Assembly: GCA_965660445.1 (NCBI GenBank)
Contig: CBFIAK010000002.1
Location: 8,235 to 72,234, forward strand
Reading direction: 5' to 3'
Length of the DNA stretch: 64,000 bases
DNA from: Patescibacteria group bacterium
GTDB lineage: Bacteria; Patescibacteriota; Gracilibacteria; UBA4473
Below are positions 20,140-29,071 of this stretch, one piece after another. The notes beneath the pieces are model-generated. The model was not told the origin of the DNA. It made no database searches and was given only the letters and a program-made list of their open reading frames with translations. How positions within the stretch are numbered: the stretch's first letter is position 1; each line of letters opens with the position of its first letter. Both the position numbers and the translations under genes were made by a program.

Positions 20140-21396
20140 TTATTTAACGTTGGTATTGAACTTGATTTCTCCCACATAACTCGCGTTTTGATCTTCTGAA
20201 AACATTCGGATTCGGATTGTCATGTATTGTCCTGGTGTAAAAGTTCCTCCTGTAAAGGTAATCGCATTATCGTTCACCCATGTTGTACTTGCGGCAGGAG
20301 TGTCTCCACTATCGATACTAGTTACTGGTGAACCATCAGTTCCGATAATATCTACAATTTCAATTGCATTGTCAGCCAAGTTTGCCGTATCGGTTCGGTA
20401 GTCGATTGTGATAGGTGTTGCTTGCCATCCTTGAAAGTTTTCAGGAATAGCCCATTGAAGAATGATATCATAGTCTTGCATTGTATTTCGTCGAGTTGAC
20501 CATTTGTAGTAGTTTCGGTTTGTTGCTCCATCATGGTCTTATTCAAGTGTTCCAGAATTTGCTGATCCGTCAGCTACAATAGTAAAGTTTTGAAACTCTG
20601 GAGAAAGTGTAAATGTTCCTGTTCGTGCTGATATATCAGCGAGTGTAATAGACCCATCAGCAATTTCATCAGTTCCAACAGCACCTGTAGCGATTTCAGA
20701 AGCCGTTACTGCATCAGCAGCAATTTCATCAGAGTCTACAGAATCGGTTCCTAAATCATCAGCAGTAACAGAACCATCAATGATTTGAGCAGATCCAACA
20801 GAATCGTTTGCTAAATTGGTTTGTGTAATAGTGGCAGAACCAATATCAGTTCCAGTAACAGACCCATCAGCAATTTCATCAGTTCCAACAGCACCTGTAG
20901 CAATTTCATCAGAGTCTACAGAGTCGGTTCCAAGGTCATCTGCGGTAATAGTTCCGTCAGCAATATCACTACTGGTAATGGATCCAACACCTCCTACTTG
21001 AAGCGTTACCCACGTTGTTCCATTACAGTAAAGGAGATCAGAATCAACAGTATTGTAGTACATCCGCCCTTCTGCTCCAGCGTTACAAGCCGTTGGATCA
21101 GCAGCGAGTTTCTCCACAATAAAGTTTTGAAGTTCTTGAGCACTTAAATTCAATGAATCACTCAAGATGAATGTGTCTGTCGATACGTCGTATCGCAAAC
21201 GATTTGTAAGATCCGACCCGAAAGCCAAATCAATAAAAGTAGTAGACGCTCCTTCCCGATCAATTCGGTATGATTCAGAAGCAGTCCCGTCATCTTCTGT
21301 TGTGAAGATAAGACGTGCATTTGCAGTAGATACTGCGAGTACCGATATAATACATATCAATACAATGTTACGAAAACGATAGGTGATTTGTTTCAT
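20140..21396 (-). pseudogene. Fibre-like secreted repeat protein interrupted by one in-frame TAA; paralogue of 21557..22810
   Basis: ORFs 20539..21396 (285 aa) and 20140..20481 (113 aa) share one reading frame and are separated only by a TAA at 20539-20541 plus 19 sense codons. The joined length is 418 codons against 417 aa for the neighbouring paralogue. The sequence across the stop (TLE*DHDGATNRNYYKWSTRRNTMQDYD) aligns with the paralogue's MYEDSEDNAGINYQTIQWSTQQVTIQDYD. Confidence 0.65.
20651..20958 (-). repeat. Intragenic direct repeat, two copies 210 nt apart
   Basis: 20651-20691 is identical to 20861-20901 (41 nt). 20722-20778 nearly matches 20902-20958, and copy A carries an extra 30 nt. 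The repeat encodes ...IADGS(V/I)T..D(L/I)GTDSVDSDEIA.GAVGTDEIADGS... Confidence 0.85.
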
Positions 21397-21556
21397 TTGT
21401 GTTTTGGTTTAAAAAATAAGCAAATCCGAGTATTGTACTCTAAAATTTGCTTTTTTTCAATTATTATGACTTGCCTTGTTTCTTATTTTGTGTTTTATGT
21501 ATTTTTTAAGAAATAGCCGTTTTGTTTAGAAAACCCCATATATATCGGGGTTTTCT

Positions 21557-22810
21557 TTATTGTCCAATGTATCGAATTGATATATTACTGATGTGGGCAA
21601 TATTGTTTTGAGTGGCATTCATTTTTACTTTAAAGACGAGCGTATCATCGTTATCCCATGTGGTTGATGGTTCAAGGGTAAAGATTTGAGTGATCCATCC
21701 ATTATGAGAAAGGTTGAGTCCATTCCCGTTTATTTGATCAGTTCCAATCTCATCACTTTTCTCAAGAACAATGTCGAGCTTTGAATCGGTAAGAAGTCCT
21801 TCTGTTTTGTAGAGTACCTCTATTTGGTTATTACTTTCAAACCGAATGAAATCTTCTGGAAGATTATAGTGAATTTGCATATCGTAGTCTTGTATCGTTA
21901 CTTGTTGTGTACTCCATTGAATAGTTTGGTAGTTTATACCTGCATTATCTTCACTGTCTTCATACATAGAACCTTTATTATCACTTCCATCAGCAAGAAA
22001 TACGGTATTTGGATAATGAGGACTGAGTATTTCTTTTTTTGATTTTTCACCAACACTCACGCTATTTATAGTTCCAGAAACCACTAAGTCGCCTGTGATA
22101 GATACGGAATCATTAAATTCAAATTGATTTAGGAGTCCGTTCCAAGAAATAAGCTTTCCAATAGTATTTCCAAACTGAAGGCTGAGTGTATCTGTTGGAT
22201 TTGCATTACCGTCTCTATCAAGTGTAAATATATTATCGCTTACTCCGTTTGGAATTATAGTGTCGGGAAGTTTCCCAGTTCCGTCTGTGTAGGGAATGTT
22301 ATTCGCTCCCATTCCGACTTCTCTGTTACCAACTTTCCCAGCATTAAGTGCATAGGGGCTTTTATTAAGTTCACGTCTATTCTGAGTTGGTTTTGAGGAG
22401 ATGTCTATTTGTTCGTAACTGCTTTCTGGGTTTTCGTTTGATTTAATATCGATATGAAGAAATATATTTGGTTCATCTGAGAATATATTTATATCAATTG
22501 GGTTTATACTTCCCAGATAAGAAACAAACATTCCTCGATCTTTTTCGGCAATAGTAACGGTATGTGTTTCATTCCATGCCAAGTAATCAGGAGCTAATGT
22601 ATTTATTATACCACTGGCAATATCTCCTGCTTGGGTATTTGCATTTCTCCAAAGACTGAATCGAATATCAAAGGTTCCTTCACCATAGTTCCCAAGAGTG
22701 TCTTGAATACGTCCTTGATATTTTATTTCATGATTTGCTTTTACAATTTGAGGTATAATCCCTGTTGTGATGATGCAGAGTGTAATGATGATAGTTTTTA
22801 TTGTATTCAT
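21557..22810 (-). CDS. Secreted fibre-like protein (intact paralogue)
   Basis: Signal peptide (MNTIKTIIITLCIITTGIIPQIVKA). N-terminal KYQGRIQD..G...EGTFDIRFSLW motif. The C-terminal domain IQDYDMQIHYNLPEDF... is homologous to the C-terminus of the interrupted neighbour. Confidence 0.7.
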   Translation of the reverse strand: MNTIKTIIITLCIITTGIIPQIVKANHEIKYQGRIQDTLGNYGEGTFDIRFSLWRNANTQAGDIASGIINTLAPDYLAWNETHTVTIAEKDRGMFVSYLGSINPIDINIFSDEPNIFLHIDIKSNENPESSYEQIDISSKPTQNRRELNKSPYALNAGKVGNREVGMGANNIPYTDGTGKLPDTIIPNGVSDNIFTLDRDGNANPTDTLSLQFGNTIGKLISWNGLLNQFEFNDSVSITGDLVVSGTINSVSVGEKSKKEILSPHYPNTVFLADGSDNKGSMYEDSEDNAGINYQTIQWSTQQVTIQDYDMQIHYNLPEDFIRFESNNQIEVLYKTEGLLTDSKLDIVLEKSDEIGTDQINGNGLNLSHNGWITQIFTLEPSTTWDNDDTLVFKVKMNATQNNIAHISNISIRYIGQ

Positions 22811-22845
22811 TCTATTATTGAAATATTATTTTTGTTTGTTTCTTT

Positions 22846-23199
22846 TTAAGAAAGTGATTTCTTTTTTGTGTTTCTTCGAAGGAAAAGCATGAATATAAGA
22901 ATTACATTCACAATTTGAAGTCCTGCAAGGTAAAGCACACTGGTTGTGTTTAAGAATGTGCTTTCTTTTGATGTCTCAATATATTTTGCGATATGAGAGA
23001 GGAGTCCTGCATCGATCATAACTTTCATTCCTAAATTTTTTTCTTGAACGATATAAACATTGGAAGAAGATGGAGCGACTGATTCGATATTTGAGAGACT
23101 GACTGTTTGAGTTGTCTCATATTGAGCAAATGTGTCGTTCTGTGGAACTAATAGTGTGATAGCACACAGAGTGAAGATAAATGAAGAAATGTATTTCAT
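22846..23199 (-). CDS. Small secreted protein with C-terminal membrane anchor
   Basis: 117 aa. N-terminal signal peptide, C-terminal TM segment (LYLAGLQIVNVILIFMLFL) and a basic tail. Confidence 0.6.
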   Translation of the reverse strand: MKYISSFIFTLCAITLLVPQNDTFAQYETTQTVSLSNIESVAPSSSNVYIVQEKNLGMKVMIDAGLLSHIAKYIETSKESTFLNTTSVLYLAGLQIVNVILIFMLFLRRNTKKKSLS

Positions 23200-23235
23200 G
23201 GTATAAAAGGGGATTAGAAAGAATAGAAAATAAAA

Positions 23236-24162
23236 TTATTTTTTTGGTTTTTGGATTCCTTTTTCTTCTTCTGGCTTATCATCTTCATCAAAGAAGAGAT
23301 AGAGAAGAACAAAGAGTGTCATAATTTGTAATACGAGAAGAATTGATGTTAGTTTTTTAATGTCTCCGTTTTTGAGTGTTACGTGGTCGAGTCCTGCAAG
23401 GAAGTGTTGTAATATAGTGTCATCAAGGAATATAACTTGAATTTCATCTGTATTTTCTGATGATGGAATCATTATTTCTTCTGTTTGTGTTTCTGGGACT
23501 GGTTGTAATGTATTGTCTTGTGTTTGATCATTCTCTTCTTGAAAGTCTTGTATATTTGATCGTGTTGCGAGATCATCGTCATTGGTTTGTATATTCCCAG
23601 TATTATAATCGGTATTGGTGATTGTCTCTTCGTTCGTTTCAATATTCGTATTGTCACTGACGATTTCATTGTTTCCTTTTTCGTTTTTTTCAGGTGTATT
23701 TGTTTGCTCGTCTGGAATTTGTGTTTCTGGGGTATTGGTCGGATTTTCTGTTTTTGGGGCAGAAGCAAAATATTGGTCATATTCTTCTTCTGTATTTTGA
23801 ACAATGAGATTTTCTTTTTGTGTACTTAGTTCTTCGTATTTTTGTTCGAGTACCCAATTTGCAGCGTTGTATTTGCTGTTGTCATTTTCGGCAACTGAAT
23901 CTCTGACTCCGTTTCCACTATTTCCTCCAAGAGGTGTATCTTCTTGAGGTTGAGTGTTGTTTTCTGTTGGAGGAGTTGAATCGTCTTCAAATGAAAAAGA
24001 ATTTACGACTAATATATCAGCCACTTCACCTTCGATATTTCCGCCATGATCAGTTATAAAATCAACCTCGTCATGGGTAATGCTCCACGCATTGGCGTAA
24101 GGCGTTATACTCATATACCCTATTAAGGTGAGCAAAAGAAGTTTTTTGGAAAGACTATTCAT
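23236..24162 (-). CDS. Acidic low-complexity secreted protein with C-terminal membrane anchor
   Basis: 308 aa. Signal peptide, a long T/N/E/D/Q-rich region, a C-terminal TM segment (LTSILLVLQIMTLFVLLYLFF) and a charged tail. The architecture resembles that of the 117-aa neighbour. Confidence 0.6.
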   Translation of the reverse strand: MNSLSKKLLLLTLIGYMSITPYANAWSITHDEVDFITDHGGNIEGEVADILVVNSFSFEDDSTPPTENNTQPQEDTPLGGNSGNGVRDSVAENDNSKYNAANWVLEQKYEELSTQKENLIVQNTEEEYDQYFASAPKTENPTNTPETQIPDEQTNTPEKNEKGNNEIVSDNTNIETNEETITNTDYNTGNIQTNDDDLATRSNIQDFQEENDQTQDNTLQPVPETQTEEIMIPSSENTDEIQVIFLDDTILQHFLAGLDHVTLKNGDIKKLTSILLVLQIMTLFVLLYLFFDEDDKPEEEKGIQKPKK

Positions 24163-24313
24163 GAGATATAAAAAGATAAGAATTGAAAGAGTTTTTCTGA
24201 CTAAAAATTTAAGTCATTAGAATATTTTAACATAAATTTGCATAAATAGCAATAATATTATTTATTAAATAAACATGGCTTGATTTTTTATAGAAACCAA
24301 TTAGTATTTTTGA

Positions 24314-24868
24314 GCTCTTTGTTATGTCGCCTAATGAATTTTGGGAGGAAAGTCCGAGCCACACAAAAGATATCAAGACCGCTCACGGCTGGTGCGTCGT
24401 TGATGATTCGAGTATTCTATTGATATATCTATGACACATGAGAATGTGGTGATGTAGAATATTGGAATGATTGGAATTGCGATTTTGTCCATGAAAAATG
24501 ATGAGAGAAGAAGGAAGAGTCTTCGAACGAACAATTTTCATGAGAGGAGGAGATGATGAAAAAAAAGAGAATTTTGCGGAGCAAAATAGAATGTTGGAAT
24601 CATCGACGACGACGGATAGTGGCACAGAAATCAAACGATCCCGATTTATCGGGAGGTCGGTGAAATAAAAAACAGGTCATGCTGTTTTTCTGGTATATCG
24701 CAAGGTATATCAGTGCTAAACCCCTTGAGTGGAGAGGCAGGTGGCGTTTCTTTTAGGAGATGTGTCTTTTCATCTGTGATCGAAAGAAACTCCTGCTGAT
24801 GACTTCTCGCATAGAGAAGATGTAAGATAAATGACATTTAAAACAGAACTCGGCTTATCGCAGAGAGC
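24314..24868 (+). ncRNA. rnpB: RNase P RNA (bacterial type A-like), unusually long at ~555 nt
   Basis: Contains GGGAGGAAAGUCCGAGCC (CR-I/P4 5' strand) at 24343-24360, AGUGGCACAGAAA (CR-II-like) at ~24618-24630, GGUGAAA at ~24659-24665, and ACAGAACUCGGCUUAUCG (P4 3' strand/CR-V) at 24843-24860. P1 pairs gctctttg (24314-24321) with cagagagc (24861-24868). P2 pairs atgtc (24324-24328) with gacat (24833-24837). Confidence 0.9.
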
Positions 24869-24872
24869 ATAT

Positions 24873-24901
24873 AAAAAAAAGGAGATTTTCTCCTTTTTTT
24901 T
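24873..24901 (+). terminator. Rho-independent terminator after rnpB
   Basis: A8-ggaga-ttt-tctcc-T8 hairpin immediately 3' of P1. Confidence 0.7.
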
Positions 24902-24948
24902 ATACATTCGATTCTTGATTCTTGTTTTATTTCTCGTAGTATGGATGT

Positions 24949-26376
24949 ATGAAAAAGTATTTCACGACGCCTATTTATTATGTGAATGACGTGCCACATA
25001 TCGGACATGCTTATTGCACGCTTGCAACCGATACTTTAGCGCGATATTGGCGAGAGAAAATTGGAAACAAGAACGTTTTCTTTGTCACTGGGACCGATGA
25101 AAACTCTCAAAAAACGATTGATGCCGCTCAATCATCAGGGAAAGATGTTTTTCTCTATTTAGATGAAATGGCTCATGTCTGGAGAACAACGTGGGAGCAG
25201 TGTGGTGTTTCATTTGATGATTTTATTCGTACTACAGAAGATCGTCATGTTCAGACCGTACAATCTATTCTCCAGCAGATGTATGATCGTGGTGATATTT
25301 ATAAAGGAATATATAAGGGATTGTATTGTACGGGGTGCGAAACATTCTTAAAAGAATCAGATTTAGATGAAAATAAACATTGTCCGGCTCATAAACGACC
25401 TCCACAAGAAATAGAAGAAGAAAACTATTTTTTTAAGTTGTCTTCTTACCAAGACGATTTATTGGATTTATATGCCAATAATACTGAATTATTATATCCA
25501 GAGAAGAGGAAGAATGAAGTCTTGAGATTTATAGAGTCAGGACTTGATGATATATCTATATCAAGAGAAAAAGCCGAATTTGGTATTTCTCTGCCTTGGG
25601 ATTCGTCACAAAAAGTCTATGTATGGTTTGATGCATTACTGAATTATTTAACGGTTGTCCGTGACACAAAAAAAGAATCATTTTGGAATTCTGCTCATCA
25701 TGTACTCGGAAAAGATATCACAAAATTTCATTGTATTATCTGGCCAGCAATGCTTATGAGTGCTCGTTTAAAATGCCCTGAGAAAATGTTAGCTCATGGT
25801 TTTTTTACCGTTGATGGAGTGAAGATGTCAAAAAGTTTAGGCAATGTTGTTTCGCCTTTGCAGTTATCTGAAAAATATGGAAATGATGCTTTGAGATCAG
25901 GTTTATTATCGAGTTTTGAGTTTGGAAACGATGGAGATTTTTCGATTTCTCATTTTGAAGATTTTTATCAAAAAAAATTGGTGAGTGGATTCGGAAACGT
26001 AACACATCGAGTGTTGACGCTTATTCATAAGTTTTTAGACGGAAAAAAGCCGCGCGTTGATACCGATTATACTCTCTCGGTTCGAAAAGAATATCATCGA
26101 CTTATTGAACATTACAAACTCAAAGGTGTTTATGACCATTTTTTTCAGGTTGTTGATTTTACGAATGAACGGTTGAATCAAACAGAGGTTTGGAAACTTG
26201 CAAAAGAAAACCCAGAATCGGCATTTCTGGTTTTTGCTGAATTATATCAATACATAGAATTCTTATCAGAGATGTCGGTTGTGCTTTTTCCTGATGCTGC
26301 TCAAAAATTAAAAATCATATTAGGCAATGAAGACTCTCTTAAACCTTCTCAATATTTGTTTCCATCTCTTGAATAA
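24949..26376 (+). CDS. metG: Methionyl-tRNA synthetase (short form)
   Basis: HIGH motif (PHIGHAY), KMSKS motif (KMSKSLGN), Cys knuckle CTGCE...CPAH. No C-terminal dimerisation/Trbp domain. Confidence 0.95.
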   Translation: MKKYFTTPIYYVNDVPHIGHAYCTLATDTLARYWREKIGNKNVFFVTGTDENSQKTIDAAQSSGKDVFLYLDEMAHVWRTTWEQCGVSFDDFIRTTEDRHVQTVQSILQQMYDRGDIYKGIYKGLYCTGCETFLKESDLDENKHCPAHKRPPQEIEEENYFFKLSSYQDDLLDLYANNTELLYPEKRKNEVLRFIESGLDDISISREKAEFGISLPWDSSQKVYVWFDALLNYLTVVRDTKKESFWNSAHHVLGKDITKFHCIIWPAMLMSARLKCPEKMLAHGFFTVDGVKMSKSLGNVVSPLQLSEKYGNDALRSGLLSSFEFGNDGDFSISHFEDFYQKKLVSGFGNVTHRVLTLIHKFLDGKKPRVDTDYTLSVRKEYHRLIEHYKLKGVYDHFFQVVDFTNERLNQTEVWKLAKENPESAFLVFAELYQYIEFLSEMSVVLFPDAAQKLKIILGNEDSLKPSQYLFPSLE

Positions 26377-26421
26377 AGAAAAATGAGTTGATCTTTTTTT
26401 TACACATATACATACACACAC

Positions 26422-29058
26422 ATGAAACATACTGGTCTCCGATCTCGTGATATTGCAGCATTGCGTTCTAAATTTGGTTGGAATAGCCTTTCTGTTCGCA
26501 ATATGAATCCTTGGTGGAAAATATTTTTTCATCAGTTTACTGATATTTTAGTTCTTATTTTGATTGGTGCGGCAGTACTTTCATTTGTGTTGGAAGATCA
26601 CCCAACTGATAGTTATGTTATTGCTGGTATTGTTCTTTTGAATGCTCTTATTGGATTTGTGCAAGAGTTTCGAACTGAACAAACGATTCAAGCGTTACAA
26701 AAAATGGTAAGTAGTTCAATTCGTGTGTTGCGAGACGGAAAAGAAATGGCACTCCCAACGAAAGAGTTGTTACCCGGAGATATAGTTTTTTTATCGGAAG
26801 GAGACAAAATCCCTGCTGACGGAGTATTGAAAGAATCACATGCACTTCGAGCGGAGGAATCGGCACTTACGGGGGAATCCTTGCCAATTGAAAAATCACA
26901 AGGAGATGAGGTTTTTATGGGAACATCTATCGTTCATGGGTCAGGAGTCTATGAGGTTAAAACAATTGGTATGCAGACAAAGTTTGGAACCATTGCACAG
27001 CTTACAACTGAAACAGAACAAACACTTTCTCCTTTGCAGAAAGAGTTGTCACATATGGGATTATTTGTGACAAAAGTGACATTTTTTGTGTGTGGAATTT
27101 TGTTTGTGTTTGGGTTTTTGAATGCCGATGAAGGTTTGTCATTATCTGAGAAATTGATTCAAAATCTCATGTATGCGGTAGCAGTAGCTATTGCGGCAGT
27201 TCCTGAAGGACTTCCGACAACTATTACCATAGCATTAGCGTTAGGAGCGACTATTTTGGCAAGAAAAAAGACAATTGTAAAACGTTTGTCATCAGTCGAG
27301 ACATTGGGGTCTGTAACGACTATTTGTTCCGATAAAACAGGAACACTGACTCAAAACGAAATGACCGTTCGGGAGGTATATTTAGCAGATCGATCTGTTT
27401 ATACGGTGAGTGGTGTTGGGTACGATCCACATTCTGGAAAAATTGCTTTTGTGGGAGGAAGTGAAAAAAAATCTACACAGAATGATTCGTTATTACATGA
27501 TCTATTAGAAATTTGTACTCATTGTAATGAAGCTGTTTTACAACAGAAAGAGAATGAATATACAGTCTTAGGCGATCCTACAGAAGGGGCTTTGTTAACG
27601 CTGGCTCAAAAATCAGGATTGGTTTTTCCTGGGGTATGTGATGAAGTTTTTCCGTTTGATGCTGATCGAAAAATGATGTCGGTGGTGTTTCAAAAAAAAG
27701 TGTTTGTAAAAGGATCACCAGATCATGTACTTAATCGGTGTACGCATTGGTCAGATGGTTATTTGGTTCATCGTATGACCGATGAGAAACGATTACATAT
27801 TCAAACGCATTATGAACGTATGGCTCAAAATGCTTTGCGAGTATTAGCGTTTGCGTCTCGATCTATTGGAGACAGTGAAAAAGTTTCAGATGAAGACTCT
27901 GCAGAAAAAAACTTAGTGTTTATGGGGCTTGTAGGGATGATTGATCCTCCTCGAGATGAAGTGCGTGATGCGGTAAAAGCTTGTCGTACAGCGGGTATAA
28001 GAGTGATTGTGATTACGGGTGATTTTGGAGTGACGGCTGAAGCGATTGCGAGAGAATTAGGGATTGTGCGAGGAAAATCAGTAGAAGTATTAACAGGCGA
28101 TCAAGTAGCACAGTTATCGGATCAAGATTTATCAGCCCTTTTATCAGATCGAAATCAGTCGCTTATTTTTGCACGCAGTAGACCAGATCAAAAAATGAGA
28201 ATTGTTCAGTTACTTCAATCTCATGGTGAGATTGTGGCGATGACGGGTGATGGAGTGAATGATGCACCAGCACTCAAAGCTGCTGATATTGGAGTTGCAA
28301 TGGGTATTGCGGGAACCGATGTGAGTAAAGAAGCAGCGACAATGGTGCTTTTAGATGATTCGTTTGCTTCGATTGTAAGTGCTATTCGAGAAGGTCGACG
28401 TATTTATGAAAATTTAAAGAAGTTTGTCTGGTTTATTTTCTCTTGTAATATCGGAGAACTCGTCACTATCTTTTTGGCTATTGCTTTTGGGTTTCCGTTA
28501 GTATTAACCGCTATCTTAATTTTAGCTATTGATTTAGGAACAGATATTTTACCAGCTATAGCATTAGGAGTCGATGATGAAAACATAAATATCATGAAAC
28601 TCCCTCCAAGAGATCCGAAATTGCGAGTTATGAACAAAAATTTTATACTGAGTTTCTTTTTTATGGGAAGTGTTATTGGAGTATGCGTAACAGGTGCTTA
28701 TGTATGGACTTTGCTGCGTGATGGTTGGTCATGGGGCGATATGTCGTTTGATAACATTCATGCTCAAACGGTTGGGTTTACATCACTTGTTTTTGTTCAG
28801 CTGTTAAATACTTTTTCGGCTCGGAGTCAGACGGTGTCGGTATTTTCTCAACAATTGTTTTCGAATCATTTTCTTCTATTAGCCAATATTTCATCGATTC
28901 TTTTAGTACTTTTACTCTTATATGTACCTTTTTTCAATCGTGTTATAGGAACAACCCCGCTTGATGGGTATGATTGGGGAGTGGTGTTTGCGGCAACGGT
29001 TATTCCTTTTTTGGTATTGGAAACACGAAAATACTTTTTACGACATAAAAAAGTATAG
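26422..29058 (+). CDS. Cation-transporting P-type ATPase (type II, Ca2+/Mg2+-like)
   Basis: TGES, PEGLP, CSDKTGTLT (phosphorylation site), MTGDGVNDAPALK, and about 10 TM segments. Confidence 0.92.
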   Translation: MKHTGLRSRDIAALRSKFGWNSLSVRNMNPWWKIFFHQFTDILVLILIGAAVLSFVLEDHPTDSYVIAGIVLLNALIGFVQEFRTEQTIQALQKMVSSSIRVLRDGKEMALPTKELLPGDIVFLSEGDKIPADGVLKESHALRAEESALTGESLPIEKSQGDEVFMGTSIVHGSGVYEVKTIGMQTKFGTIAQLTTETEQTLSPLQKELSHMGLFVTKVTFFVCGILFVFGFLNADEGLSLSEKLIQNLMYAVAVAIAAVPEGLPTTITIALALGATILARKKTIVKRLSSVETLGSVTTICSDKTGTLTQNEMTVREVYLADRSVYTVSGVGYDPHSGKIAFVGGSEKKSTQNDSLLHDLLEICTHCNEAVLQQKENEYTVLGDPTEGALLTLAQKSGLVFPGVCDEVFPFDADRKMMSVVFQKKVFVKGSPDHVLNRCTHWSDGYLVHRMTDEKRLHIQTHYERMAQNALRVLAFASRSIGDSEKVSDEDSAEKNLVFMGLVGMIDPPRDEVRDAVKACRTAGIRVIVITGDFGVTAEAIARELGIVRGKSVEVLTGDQVAQLSDQDLSALLSDRNQSLIFARSRPDQKMRIVQLLQSHGEIVAMTGDGVNDAPALKAADIGVAMGIAGTDVSKEAATMVLLDDSFASIVSAIREGRRIYENLKKFVWFIFSCNIGELVTIFLAIAFGFPLVLTAILILAIDLGTDILPAIALGVDDENINIMKLPPRDPKLRVMNKNFILSFFFMGSVIGVCVTGAYVWTLLRDGWSWGDMSFDNIHAQTVGFTSLVFVQLLNTFSARSQTVSVFSQQLFSNHFLLLANISSILLVLLLLYVPFFNRVIGTTPLDGYDWGVVFAATVIPFLVLETRKYFLRHKKV

Positions 29059-29071
29059 GCAATATAGAGGA

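Noticed and set aside
20352-20546. 64-aa ORF bridging the gap between the two halves of the interrupted fibre gene, which might have suggested a frameshift.
   Set aside because: The two halves are in the same frame and only a TAA separates them, so no frameshift is needed. The bridging ORF is in a different frame and has no similarity to the paralogue.
24383-24837. Two minus-strand ORFs (83 aa and 63 aa) in the ORF track.
   Set aside because: They lie entirely inside the RNase P RNA gene on the opposite strand. They have odd composition and no start context. The conserved RNase P elements explain the region.
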